A stretch of DNA of 64,000 nt from Candidatus Avelusimicrobium bubulum (GTDB taxonomy: Bacteria > Elusimicrobiota > Elusimicrobia > Elusimicrobiales > Elusimicrobiaceae): assembly GCA_902798835.1 (NCBI GenBank), contig CADBYN010000001.1, positions 46,015 to 110,014 on the forward strand. Direction: 5' to 3'. A program made the translations under genes and the position numbers. Below the pieces are notes generated by a model that worked only from the letters and a program-made list of their open reading frames with translations, searched no databases and was not told the origin of the DNA. This document shows positions 1 to 9,247 of this stretch, in pieces (position 1 is the stretch's first letter; each line of letters starts with the position of its first letter).

Positions 1-313
1 CTTCGTCCTGTGCAATTACTTTAGAAGCGCACTCTTTAATCAATTCTTTGAGAGCTACGGGTTGCTTTTCCAAATTTTTGCTGTCTGCTGTGATCACTTG
101 ATTAAAGGCCATCAATTTATCCACCAATAAAGACATCCGGCTTCCCTGCTTATTAATTTCTTCCAATGCTTTGGTGGTAAACGGCGAAAACGATTCCTTT
201 TCCGCCTGCGATAACACAGCCTCCGAATATCCGTTAATGATAGAAAGCGGCGTACGCAATTTATGCGAAATTAATGAAAGTGCTTTTGCAGACAACGCCT
301 CGTTATCAGTCAT
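1..313 (-). CDS. sensor histidine kinase, N-terminal fragment (continues past window start)
   Basis: Absent from the ORF track because truncated. Reverse-strand translation from ATG at 313 gives MTDNEALSAKALSLISHKLRTPLSIINGYSEAV..., a HisKA H-box (SHKLRTPL) about 17 aa from the N-terminus. The in-frame TAA at 323-325 (stop of the upstream OMP gene) lies 9 nt upstream. AAGGG SD-like sequence present. Confidence 0.6.
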   Translation of the reverse strand, partial: MTDNEALSAKALSLISHKLRTPLSIINGYSEAVLSQAEKESFSPFTTKALEEINKQGSRMSLLVDKLMAFNQVITADSKNLEKQPVALKELIKECASKVIAQDE

Positions 314-322
314 ATAAACCCT

Positions 323-1192
323 TTAAAACATAAATTTCAATTGCGCGTGGAAAATATCCCGTTTGTTTTTATTATGCACATTACGCAAGTGGTTGTAAGC
401 CAAATCAAACTGTAAACGTTCGGCCAACACAAACGAATTTCCTAACACAACAGAATGTTCCGGATCTGCCGTATAAAGCTCCCCGAATCGATAACTTAAA
501 TAAATCGTTGCCCGGCGATCCGCCCATAAACGCGTGATACGCCCTCCTACTGTATATTTAGGAAGCTCATGGACAATTTCATAACTTTGCAAAGCGACCA
601 AGTCTTGTTGATCCAAAATACCCCGCCAAGCATCTACCCCGCTGATACCGTCGGGATATTGGAAAGCCGTACCGATCACTTCAAAACTAAATGCGCGGAA
701 GAAATTTTTGTGCAGCCCCAACGTATAAGCTGCTTGCGAATAGTACTGATCGGTCGGGGCTTCTCCCCCTTTCCACAACGTTCCTTGCTGGCGCGCAAAG
801 GCCGCCCCGATATACGCATGCGAATACAATTCATTTAACGCATCGTCTTCCAAGGTAATAACTAGCTTGCTCGATACCCCAAAGGCATTGTATTCTTTTT
901 TATCGCTTTTATTTTCGAAGTAATAAAAAGGAGTCACCTGCAAAGCCAATAAATCCGTTTCAAAAGCAAGGGGCAATTTTACTTCGTAGATTGGATCTTT
1001 AAAGGCATCCTCGTCGGCCCATTTCCCCTCTACTCCTACAGACCAGTTTAACGCAAATTTCCATAAAGCACGCGCTTTTACCTGGTTAAACTCGTTAGAG
1101 CCATCATACTCGGCCATGCCGGTAAATTCGCCGGCGCAAACAGCAAAAGGGAACATCCCTACCGTCACTAAAAGCAACAAAAGTTTTTTCAT
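323..1192 (-). CDS. hypothetical outer-membrane beta-barrel protein
   Basis: 289-aa ORF. Signal peptide MKKLLLLLVTVGMFPFAVCAG, alternating aromatic/hydrophilic strand-like pattern, C-terminal ...LKFMF (terminal Phe typical of Bam substrates). No family recognised. Confidence 0.5.
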   Translation of the reverse strand: MKKLLLLLVTVGMFPFAVCAGEFTGMAEYDGSNEFNQVKARALWKFALNWSVGVEGKWADEDAFKDPIYEVKLPLAFETDLLALQVTPFYYFENKSDKKEYNAFGVSSKLVITLEDDALNELYSHAYIGAAFARQQGTLWKGGEAPTDQYYSQAAYTLGLHKNFFRAFSFEVIGTAFQYPDGISGVDAWRGILDQQDLVALQSYEIVHELPKYTVGGRITRLWADRRATIYLSYRFGELYTADPEHSVVLGNSFVLAERLQFDLAYNHLRNVHNKNKRDIFHAQLKFMF

Positions 1193-1263
1193 ATAATTTT
1201 ATTTAACAAAATTTAGAGCTATTACGGGAAATTTTTATTTACAAACAATCGTGCGTATTTTGG

Positions 1264-1269
1264 TAAAAT
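1264..1269 (+). promoter_or_regulatory. -10-like element TGgTAAAAT, 6 nt upstream of GTG 1276
   Basis: TAAAAT at 1264-1269 preceded by TGg (extended -10). No SD before the GTG start. Weaker member of the recurrent -10/N6/start pattern because the start is GTG. Confidence 0.3.
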
Positions 1270-1275
1270 AAAAGC

Positions 1276-2460
1276 GTGAAGAAATTAATTTTATTATTTT
1301 TAAGTTTAGGGGTACTCCCTGCTTATGGAACGCAAATTATACGCGGGCCTTATTTAGAGAACCCCACCCAAACTTCTATTACGCTGCGTTGGCAAACAAA
1401 CACAGCCGTCCCTACGTGGTTAGAATACGGCCCTACGCCGCGATGTAATCAGATTATGACGGTAACTCCGGCCGCCTACAATCACAAAGTAGTATTGTAT
1501 GGGCTGGTACCCAACCAAGATTTCTGCTATCACTTGTACGTAGGCAACCCCGCCCAAACAGGAACTGAATTACCCGTAGACGGAACTTTCCGCACTTTAT
1601 TTTCCCCGGAACGCAAAATTGTTACATTTTTGGCGTTGGGCAATACAGGTGCCTTGCCGGGAGAAGAAGATGCGGCACCGGCGCGCGAGCATATTGCCAA
1701 ACTGATGGCGCAGGAACAAGCGGACTTCGTGCTGCATACAGGCAATTTGACACATAGCGGGTTAAACAGCGATGCAGATGCGGAGTTATTTAGTCCTTTT
1801 CAAGCCCTTTTCCAAAACACGCCTTTGTTTGTTGCGTTAGGGCCCAATGAATACGGGCCGGACCGCGCCAGCGCCGATAGCAAATCTTTCCTCCATAACA
1901 ATTACACCCGCTATCATGACATGACGTGGAGCACCGCAACGCCTAAATATTATTCGTTTGATACGGCCAATGCGCGCTTTATCGTATTGGACAGTAATAT
2001 TACCAACGGGACAAAATGGGCCCCGGAAATTAATGAGGAATCTGCCCAAACCAAATGGCTCAAAACCACGCTATCGAGCGCGGCGGATAAGTGGAAAATT
2101 GTAATCATGAACACCCCCGCTTATTCCACGGGAGCCGCAGGCTCTAACCAAGACATCATAGACGCTTGGGTAAAAATTTTTGAAACATATGGTGTAAATT
2201 TAGTACTACAAGGTGGCGATGCGGATTATGAACGTTCTTTCCCGTTACGTAATGCAGAAACCCATAAACGAGGGGTTACTTATGTAACCATTGGAACAGC
2301 CGCCCCCGCACCGGGCAAACGGGTAACTTCGGCCGCCCATACGGCACGGTTTGTCTCTGCCAGGCATTATGCCGTAGGAAAAATTGTAGACCGCAAATTA
2401 ACACTTACCGTGTATAGTGACACCGGAAAACAATTAGACAAATTCGAAATGTATTTGTAA
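1276..2460 (+). CDS. secreted purple-acid-phosphatase-like (metallophosphoesterase fold) protein with substituted metal ligands
   Basis: 394 aa with signal peptide MKKLILLFLSLGVLPAYG. PAP motif skeleton is recognisable but ligands differ: ALGNTG (vs GDxG), HTGNLTH (vs GDxxY), GPNEY (vs GNHE), VIMNTPAYS (vs xxxHxPxYxS), VLQGGDADYERS (vs GHxHxYERS). Confidence 0.6.
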   Translation: MKKLILLFLSLGVLPAYGTQIIRGPYLENPTQTSITLRWQTNTAVPTWLEYGPTPRCNQIMTVTPAAYNHKVVLYGLVPNQDFCYHLYVGNPAQTGTELPVDGTFRTLFSPERKIVTFLALGNTGALPGEEDAAPAREHIAKLMAQEQADFVLHTGNLTHSGLNSDADAELFSPFQALFQNTPLFVALGPNEYGPDRASADSKSFLHNNYTRYHDMTWSTATPKYYSFDTANARFIVLDSNITNGTKWAPEINEESAQTKWLKTTLSSAADKWKIVIMNTPAYSTGAAGSNQDIIDAWVKIFETYGVNLVLQGGDADYERSFPLRNAETHKRGVTYVTIGTAAPAPGKRVTSAAHTARFVSARHYAVGKIVDRKLTLTVYSDTGKQLDKFEMYL

Positions 2461-2470
2461 TCTGCATTTA

Positions 2471-2500
2471 AAAAACCCCGGGCGAAAACCCGGGGTTTTT
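2471..2500. terminator. bidirectional rho-independent terminator between convergent genes
   Basis: AAAAA-CCCCGGG-cgaaaa-CCCGGGG-TTTTT: perfect 7-bp GC stem flanked by an A-run and a T-run. Confidence 0.75.
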
Positions 2501-2517
2501 CTGTCTTAAAAAATACG

Positions 2518-3270
2518 TTACTTTAACTTTATTTTAGCCATCATATCATACATAATGATACTGGCCGCCGCGGAAGCGTTTAAACTATCTACATTACCTA
2601 ACTGCTTTTGCGGGATAGACACAATTTCATCACAGTTTTCGGCCGTTTTCTCGCGAATACCAAAACCTTCCGAACCAATCACCAACACGGCCGGTGAGTT
2701 ATACGTTACTTTGTGGATCGGCTTGCCGGCCATATCGGCTCCGTAAATCCAAAATCCTTCTTCTTTTAAATCGGTAATGGCCGCAGACAGATTTGCCACT
2801 TCCACCAAATTCACATTTTCAATCGCTCCGCAAGCAACTTTGTATACCGCCGGCGTAATCCCTACGGTGCGGCGGTTGGGTAAAATAATCGTAGAAAAGC
2901 CTAAACACGCGGCGCTGCGGATAATGGCCCCCAGGTTTTGCGGGTCGGTCATTTCATCTACGGCCAGCCACAATTCATCTTTTTTACCCTCTGCTTCATA
3001 GATAGCCGTAGAAAGTTTGAGCAGTTTAACGGGTTGCACCTTGGCCATAATCCCCTGGTGATTGGCATGCCCCGTTAAGCGGTCGAGCACTTTGTTTTCA
3101 ATGCGGTCGATACGCACATTGGTACGTTTTGCCAAGCGAATAATTTCTTCCACTGTACGGTGCCCGGCTTTGCTATCGGACACATACAGTTGGGTGACGT
3201 TACGTTTTTTACTTTTGAGCGCTTCTAAAACGGGGTGAATACCGTAAATGATGTCTTGATTGTCTTGCAT
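2518..3270 (-). CDS. rlmB: 23S rRNA (guanosine-2'-O)-methyltransferase, SpoU/TrmH family
   Basis: 250 aa. N-terminal IYGIHPVLEAL substrate-binding domain plus C-terminal SpoU methylase motifs (LVIGSEGFGIR, SLNASAAASI). AGGAGAA SD. Confidence 0.8.
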   Translation of the reverse strand: MQDNQDIIYGIHPVLEALKSKKRNVTQLYVSDSKAGHRTVEEIIRLAKRTNVRIDRIENKVLDRLTGHANHQGIMAKVQPVKLLKLSTAIYEAEGKKDELWLAVDEMTDPQNLGAIIRSAACLGFSTIILPNRRTVGITPAVYKVACGAIENVNLVEVANLSAAITDLKEEGFWIYGADMAGKPIHKVTYNSPAVLVIGSEGFGIREKTAENCDEIVSIPQKQLGNVDSLNASAAASIIMYDMMAKIKLK

Positions 3271-3279
3271 CGTGTTCTC

Positions 3280-4380
3280 CTAGCCAATTTGAGATGAGCC
3301 AAAACTCATGCCCACTTCTAACGCTGCTTTTACTTCTTTTCCATGGGGATCTACCAATTTTAATTTTGCAATGGCATCTGCAATTTTTACTTCCGTCATA
3401 CCGAAATTGCGAAAGGAAGCCATTTCTCCAAACTTGCCTTCCAGCACCATATCCAACGCTTTCGCGCCATAGAGCGTGGAGAGCCAGCGGTCAAAAGCCG
3501 TCGGGGTTCCACCCCGTTGCGTATGTCCTAGTACACACGCGCGCGACTCGATACCCGTGCGCTTTTCAATCATATCGCTTAATTTGTAAGCAATACCCCC
3601 TAAGCGAATGGCATCTGTACTACCCGCCACGGTGCGGGCAACAGCTTGTTCACCGGCCTCATTTTTGGCGCCTTCGGCGGCTACTACAATGCTAAAATTT
3701 TTCCCACTGCGTTTACGATTTAAAATGTATTCCACGATGACGTCATCATTGTAGGGAATTTCGGGAATAAGTACCACATCCCCCCCACCGGCCAATGCCG
3801 AACGCAACGCAATCCATCCGGCGTAACGCCCCATGGTTTCCACAATCATCACGCGGTGGTGCGATTGTGCTGTCGTGTGCAGGCGGTCAATGGCCTCGGT
3901 AGCGATATGTAACGCCGAGTCAAAACCAAAGGTCTGGTCCGTGGCTCCCAAATCGTTATCGATCGTTTTAGGTACAGCCACAATGGGCATTCCCATTTCC
4001 ACAAACCGTTGCGACATGTGTAACGTGCCGTCGCCCCCGATCGTAATCAGGGCGTCCAGTTCGCGCTCTTTGAAATTATGCATCGCTACAGAAGAAACGT
4101 CACGCGGCTTCTCAGGCGTGCCAAACGGCGGCAATGTATACTTAAACGGGTTTGCGATATTGCTAGTACCTAAAATGGTCCCGCCCAATGTTAAAATTCC
4201 GGAGACTTTTTCGTTGGTAAGCGGAAAAATGTCATTACGCACCAGGCCATCAAAACCGTTACGCACACCATACACTTCTATTCCGTGACTTAGTGCGTTT
4301 TTACTTACTGCACGCACCACAGCATTTAAGCCGGGGCAATCGCCCCCTGCCGTTAAAATTCCAATTCGTTTAACGCTCAT
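3280..4380 (-). CDS. pfk: 6-phosphofructokinase (PFK-A family; phosphoryl donor ambiguous)
   Basis: 366 aa. Motifs GILTAGGDCPGLNAV, TIGGDGT, VPKTIDNDL, MGRYAGWIAL. AGGAGAAG SD. Confidence 0.9.
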   Translation of the reverse strand: MSVKRIGILTAGGDCPGLNAVVRAVSKNALSHGIEVYGVRNGFDGLVRNDIFPLTNEKVSGILTLGGTILGTSNIANPFKYTLPPFGTPEKPRDVSSVAMHNFKERELDALITIGGDGTLHMSQRFVEMGMPIVAVPKTIDNDLGATDQTFGFDSALHIATEAIDRLHTTAQSHHRVMIVETMGRYAGWIALRSALAGGGDVVLIPEIPYNDDVIVEYILNRKRSGKNFSIVVAAEGAKNEAGEQAVARTVAGSTDAIRLGGIAYKLSDMIEKRTGIESRACVLGHTQRGGTPTAFDRWLSTLYGAKALDMVLEGKFGEMASFRNFGMTEVKIADAIAKLKLVDPHGKEVKAALEVGMSFGSSQIG

Positions 4381-4395
4381 TTTCTTCTCCTGGAT

Positions 4396-5280
4396 TTAAT
4401 GATATACAATTTTTCGGTTTGCACGGTCGCGTAATGTTTTCACGCGAAATACAACACTGTCAATCACCCAGCTTGGCGTAGAAGCACCCGCTGTAATAAA
4501 AATTTTTTTGGCCGAAGTTGCCAATTTTTCATCCAGTTCCTCTTCGGTTTCCACATGTTGAACGTGTGGGCAAAGCCCTTTGCATAACAAAGCCAACCTT
4601 GCCGTATTGGCGCTATGTTTTCCCCCCACAACAATCACCAAATCTGCGTTCTTGGCTTCTTCCATCGTTTCTTTTTGACGGTCTTTGGTGGGTTGGCAAA
4701 TGGTATTAGAAATTTGACACACATCCGCGTGTTTTTCTATTTCTTCGGCAATTTCATAAAATACGCTTTCCTTCTGCGTAGTTTGCGACACGACATTTAC
4801 TTTATCAAAATGCGGCAATGCGCGCGCCTCTTCCAAAGAAGATACCACATGGCAGCGCCCTTGCGTGTACCCCATCAGCCCGATCACTTCGGCATGCTTT
4901 GCGTCTCCCACAATGACGGTGAGATAATCTTGCACGGCAAACTTGGCAATAATATTTTGGGCATGTTTGACCAGCGGACAAGTAGCATCTACCACCGGCA
5001 TACCGTAGGCTTCAATTTCTTTTTGAAAGTCCGGCGTGATACCATGGGCACGAATTACTAACACGCCCCGCTTATCGATGGCTTGGTCGGGTGTGTCGAT
5101 GGAGTGAATTTGCTTCTCCTCCAACATTTGAGTAACTTGTTTGTTGTGGATGAGCGGCCCGAGCGTATACACAGGCCGTTTGCCCGACGCTTCCAGCGCG
5201 AGTACTTGGTCAATCGCTTTACGCACGCCCGGGCAAAACCCGGCTGATTTGGCTACAATGATATCCGATTCTTTGGGCAT
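4396..5280 (-). CDS. ispH: 4-hydroxy-3-methylbut-2-enyl diphosphate reductase
   Basis: 294 aa. AGFCPGVRKAI, ATCPLVKH and SNTICQPT cysteine motifs; overall LytB/IspH layout. Confidence 0.9.
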   Translation of the reverse strand: MPKESDIIVAKSAGFCPGVRKAIDQVLALEASGKRPVYTLGPLIHNKQVTQMLEEKQIHSIDTPDQAIDKRGVLVIRAHGITPDFQKEIEAYGMPVVDATCPLVKHAQNIIAKFAVQDYLTVIVGDAKHAEVIGLMGYTQGRCHVVSSLEEARALPHFDKVNVVSQTTQKESVFYEIAEEIEKHADVCQISNTICQPTKDRQKETMEEAKNADLVIVVGGKHSANTARLALLCKGLCPHVQHVETEEELDEKLATSAKKIFITAGASTPSWVIDSVVFRVKTLRDRANRKIVYH

Positions 5281-5286
5281 AGCTAC

Positions 5287-5292
5287 ATTATA
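5287..5292 (-). promoter_or_regulatory. -10 hexamer TATAAT, 6 nt upstream of ispH ATG (leaderless geometry)
   Basis: Reverse strand reads TTTAC-TATAAT-GTAGCT-ATG. No SD and no convincing -35. Confidence 0.45.
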
Positions 5293-5321
5293 GTAAATTA
5301 CAGTCGGGCACCGCTGCGCAA

Positions 5322-6638
5322 CTATTTAATCACTTCTTTCACAATTTTATACGCGGTCGGTTTTTGTTTGGTAATCTTTACCGACTGAGCAAACAGCGCA
5401 AGTCCTTCGGCCAGGCGCTTTTTGTCTGAGGCATACAAAATAGCAATTGTGTCGCCTTTGTGCACCGCGTCCCCGGCTTTGCGCTCAAGCCAAATCCCAG
5501 CGCCGTAGTCGATTTTATCTTCCATGGTATTGCGCCCGGCACCTAAAAGCACCGCCGCCATACCCGCCGTTTTGGCATCAATGTGTGCCACATAGCCGGC
5601 TTTGGGAGCTTGGAATATCGCTTTGAGCGGGGCGGTTTTGAAATAACCTTCGGGGTTATCCACCGCCGCAGGAGAAGCGCCCTGCCATTTAATCATCTGG
5701 CGCAGCTTAGCCAACGCTTCGCCGTTTTCAATTTTTTCTTCCATAAGAGCACGTGCTTTTGCAAGGTCTTTCTGCGCTCCGCTGATCACCAGCATATTGG
5801 CAGCTTCTTCCAATAAAAGCTCATAAAAATCGGGGGCGATCTCTTTATTGCCTTTTAAGATTTCAACCGTCTGTTTCATCTCATTGGCATTGCCGATAGC
5901 GCGTCCCAAGGGCTGATCCATATACGTAATGAGTGCACGGCAATGTAGCCCCAATTTTTTGGCCGTGGATACCAGTGCGCGGGCCAACTTGCGGCTATCT
6001 TCCAACTTCTGCATAAAGGCACCCGAACCATATTTCACGTCCATAAGTAAACTGTCTACGCCTTCGGCATATTTTTTAGAAAGAATACTGGCTACGATGA
6101 GAGGGCGCGATTCCACCGTACCCGTGGCATCACGCAACGAATAAAGCTTACGGTCCGCGGGGGCCAAGTCTGCCGTTTGACCGAACATACACACATTGAG
6201 TTTTTTAATTTGGCGATAGATAAGATTTACCGGAACGCGCACTTCAAAATTTTTCATGGATTCCAATTTGTCTAGCGTGCCACCCGTATGTCCTAACCCA
6301 CGGCCGGACATCATTGGCACGGCCACGCCCCCGCACGCCACTAACGGTGCTAATGCCAGGGAAATCCCATCGCCCACACCGCCCGTGGAGTGTTTATCCA
6401 CTTTGGGCAAATTGGTAATGCGCGAAAAATCCAGCCGTCCACCGGAGTGCGCCATGGCTTTGGTAAGCATTACCGTTTCGGCATCGCTAAGCGGATGCAA
6501 GAAACAAGCCATCAAAAAAGCAGATAACTGATAATCGGGCAGCGTGCCTTTGGCAGCCCCTTGAGAGACAAAATTAAATTCTTCCTGTGTGAGTGTTTTT
6601 CCATTTCGTTTTTTGATAATTACATCAATCATGCGCAT
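5322..6638 (-). CDS. pdp: pyrimidine-nucleoside (thymidine) phosphorylase
   Basis: Family motifs DKHSTGGVGD, SGRGLGHTGGTLDKLE. Start moved to MRMIDVIIKKRNG (ATG 6638), 8 nt after GGAGG. The track ORF starts at GTG 6647, which lies inside that SD. Confidence 0.9.
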   Translation of the reverse strand: MRMIDVIIKKRNGKTLTQEEFNFVSQGAAKGTLPDYQLSAFLMACFLHPLSDAETVMLTKAMAHSGGRLDFSRITNLPKVDKHSTGGVGDGISLALAPLVACGGVAVPMMSGRGLGHTGGTLDKLESMKNFEVRVPVNLIYRQIKKLNVCMFGQTADLAPADRKLYSLRDATGTVESRPLIVASILSKKYAEGVDSLLMDVKYGSGAFMQKLEDSRKLARALVSTAKKLGLHCRALITYMDQPLGRAIGNANEMKQTVEILKGNKEIAPDFYELLLEEAANMLVISGAQKDLAKARALMEEKIENGEALAKLRQMIKWQGASPAAVDNPEGYFKTAPLKAIFQAPKAGYVAHIDAKTAGMAAVLLGAGRNTMEDKIDYGAGIWLERKAGDAVHKGDTIAILYASDKKRLAEGLALFAQSVKITKQKPTAYKIVKEVIK

Positions 6639-6711
6639 AGGTCGCACCTCCGAGAAATGACTTCTTTTCCCTAGCCTAGCATTTTGCGCGCAAAAAAGGA
6701 AGAGTACTCTA

Positions 6712-6747
6712 CAAAATAAAACTCCCCGGGAGATTTTCCCGGGGAGT
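6712..6747 (-). terminator. rho-independent terminator after hppA
   Basis: ACTCCCCGGG-agatttt-CCCGGGGAGT, a 10-bp stem, followed on the minus strand by TTTTATTTTG. Confidence 0.75.
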
Positions 6748-6769
6748 TCGTTTCACAAAAAACTTACTT

Positions 6770-9133
6770 TTATTTCGTCACGTCTTGGGCGGGCTTTTTG
6801 CTGGTCAAAATTGCCCACGATAATACCGCTAAGAGTACAATTACCACACACCAACCGGCTTTGCCCAGCGGCGTAAAGTCATTGTGATAATTGACGATAA
6901 TCGGCGCCACGATAACAGCCACCATGTTGACCACTTTAATAAGCGGGTTGACAGCCGGTCCGGCGGTATCTTTCAACGGATCGCCTACCGTATCGCCAAC
7001 TACGCTGGCTTTGTGGCGTTCAGAGCCTTTACCCGTGTTGGCAGCAATGTTGGAAGGTTCATCTTCCACCACTTTTTTGGCGTTATCCCACGCGCCGCCC
7101 GCGTTGGACATAAACACGGCAAGCAGTTGCCCCGAAACGATAATCCCGGCCAAAAAGCCGCCTAACGCTTCCACGCCAAAAGTTAAGCCGACCACCACCG
7201 GGGAAACAATGCCCAAGAGTGCCAAAATGACTAGCTCTTTTTGTGCAGCAATCGTAGAAATACCTACCGCACGGGTATAATCGGGTTTGGCTTTTCCTTC
7301 AAGCACACCCCCTTTGAATTGGCGGCGTACTTCTTGCACAATCAAGGCAGCTGCGCGGCTAACCGCGTTGATGGCAAAGGAAGAGAACAGCCACGGCAAC
7401 GCACCGCCGATGAGCATTCCCACAAATACCACCGGGTTAGATACCACGATACCCACTTCACTAAGTAGCGTCATGGCTTGCTCTTTTCCGGCGGCGGCCC
7501 AAGCATCGTTTAACAAACGTTGCACGTTACTCACGTCCACCATATACGAAGCAAACAACGACACCGCCGCGATAACGGCCGAGCCGATCGCCACACCTTT
7601 GGTAATGGCTTTAGTGGTATTGCCTACGCCGTCCAAGTCGGCCATAATTTGGCGCGCTTTTTTGGTTTCGGCGTCATCTTGTCCGTGCCACGCCATTTCG
7701 CCAATGCCGTTAGCGTTATCGGCAATCGGGCCGAAGGAATCCATCGCCACGTTGTTACCGGTTAAGGTCAACATCCCGATACCGGTCATAGCCACCCCGT
7801 AGAGGATGAAGTTAAACTTTTCCACGGGTGAAAGTCCGTCAATTGTGCCGAAAATTACGACCGAGCAGAAAATAGACGCCGCAATTACAAGCGTAGTCCA
7901 CACAGCTGACTCAAAGCCAACCGCAATACCGGACAAAATGGTCGTGGCAGAGCCGGTGGCTGTTGCTTTTTTTACTTCCTGCACGGGTTTATTTTCAGTA
8001 CCCGTAAAGTATTCCGTCAAGCGGTCAATACAAATAGCCAGCACAATCCCAATGGTAGTAGCCGCAAACGGACGCCACCAACCGCCGGGAACATTACTCA
8101 TATAGTAATAGGCAAGCACGCCGAAAATACATACGGAAATGGCCGCGGAAATAGAGTATCCTTTGAAAATGGCTTTCATAGCGTTTCCGGCGGAGCGTTT
8201 GGAATCTTTCACGGCGTATGTGCCGATAATCGAGCACAACACACCGATCCCGCGCACCAAAAGCGGATAAACAATCCACTCGTGATGTCCGGTTAAGCGC
8301 CACAGCCCAATTCCTAAAATCAAGCCCGACACAATGGTCACTTCGTACGACTCGAAAATATCGGCCGCCATACCGGCGCAGTCGCCTACGTTGTCGCCTA
8401 CCAGGTCGGCCACCACCGCGGGGTTGCGCGGATCGTCTTCGGGAATTCCCGCTTCTACTTTACCTACAAGGTCTGCCCCCACGTCAGCAGCTTTGGTATA
8501 AATACCACCGCCCACACGCATAAAGAGTGCCAAAAGCGTACCGCCAAAACCGAAACCCAACAAGGCATCCGGCGCGGCAATTCCAAAAATGATAAAGATG
8601 ATTGTTCCGCCGAAAAGACCTAATCCGTCGGTAAGCATGCCCGTGACCGTTCCGGCACGATACGCAATGCGAAGTGCATCTCCAAAACTACGTTTGGAAG
8701 CTGCCGCCACACGCACGTTGGCATCTACGGCAATACGCATCCCGAGCTGACCTACTAAAAGCGAGAACACCGCCCCCAAAATAAACGCTCCGGCACGTCC
8801 AAACGCCGCAATCAGTTTAATGGCGCTGGCATCCAGTCCGGCAAAGCGCTCCATAGAATCTTGGGATACGGGCACGATATATACAGATAAAAACAAACAA
8901 ATCGTTAATAACCCGATAAGCGGCAAGATTGTTTTGAGCTGCCGTTTGAGATACGCATTAGCCCCTTCACGAATAGCCCCCCATACTTCTTGCATTTTGG
9001 CGGTGCCGGCGTCCTCGCGCATCACTTGACGGCGCAAGAACAAAGCATATAAAAGCCCCGCGATTGCAATTGCCAATACGCCAAATAGCGCATATTGTTC
9101 AAAAGGACGCAGGGTAGAAATACCATACCACAT
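6770..9133 (-). CDS. hppA: membrane-bound H+-translocating pyrophosphatase (K+-independent type)
   Basis: 787 aa, polytopic. Motifs DNVGDCAGMAADIFESY, GNTTKAITKG (Lys form of the GNTT[A/K]A motif), DTVGDPLKDT. AAAGGAGAA SD. Confidence 0.95.
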   Translation of the reverse strand: MWYGISTLRPFEQYALFGVLAIAIAGLLYALFLRRQVMREDAGTAKMQEVWGAIREGANAYLKRQLKTILPLIGLLTICLFLSVYIVPVSQDSMERFAGLDASAIKLIAAFGRAGAFILGAVFSLLVGQLGMRIAVDANVRVAAASKRSFGDALRIAYRAGTVTGMLTDGLGLFGGTIIFIIFGIAAPDALLGFGFGGTLLALFMRVGGGIYTKAADVGADLVGKVEAGIPEDDPRNPAVVADLVGDNVGDCAGMAADIFESYEVTIVSGLILGIGLWRLTGHHEWIVYPLLVRGIGVLCSIIGTYAVKDSKRSAGNAMKAIFKGYSISAAISVCIFGVLAYYYMSNVPGGWWRPFAATTIGIVLAICIDRLTEYFTGTENKPVQEVKKATATGSATTILSGIAVGFESAVWTTLVIAASIFCSVVIFGTIDGLSPVEKFNFILYGVAMTGIGMLTLTGNNVAMDSFGPIADNANGIGEMAWHGQDDAETKKARQIMADLDGVGNTTKAITKGVAIGSAVIAAVSLFASYMVDVSNVQRLLNDAWAAAGKEQAMTLLSEVGIVVSNPVVFVGMLIGGALPWLFSSFAINAVSRAAALIVQEVRRQFKGGVLEGKAKPDYTRAVGISTIAAQKELVILALLGIVSPVVVGLTFGVEALGGFLAGIIVSGQLLAVFMSNAGGAWDNAKKVVEDEPSNIAANTGKGSERHKASVVGDTVGDPLKDTAGPAVNPLIKVVNMVAVIVAPIIVNYHNDFTPLGKAGWCVVIVLLAVLSWAILTSKKPAQDVTK

Positions 9134-9191
9134 GTTTATTCTCCTTTAATTAAGTAGAGTAATTACATCCCTATTATAGTAAAAAAATTTA

Positions 9192-9223
9192 CGGAAAACA
9201 CAAGGGCCCTTTGCGGGGCCCTT
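9192..9223 (-). terminator. rho-independent terminator after pgm
   Basis: AAGGGCCC-tttgcg-GGGCCCTT hairpin, followed on the minus strand by GTGTTTTCC. Confidence 0.55.
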
Positions 9224-9247
9224 GAAATGTTTGGCTTATAAGATACA

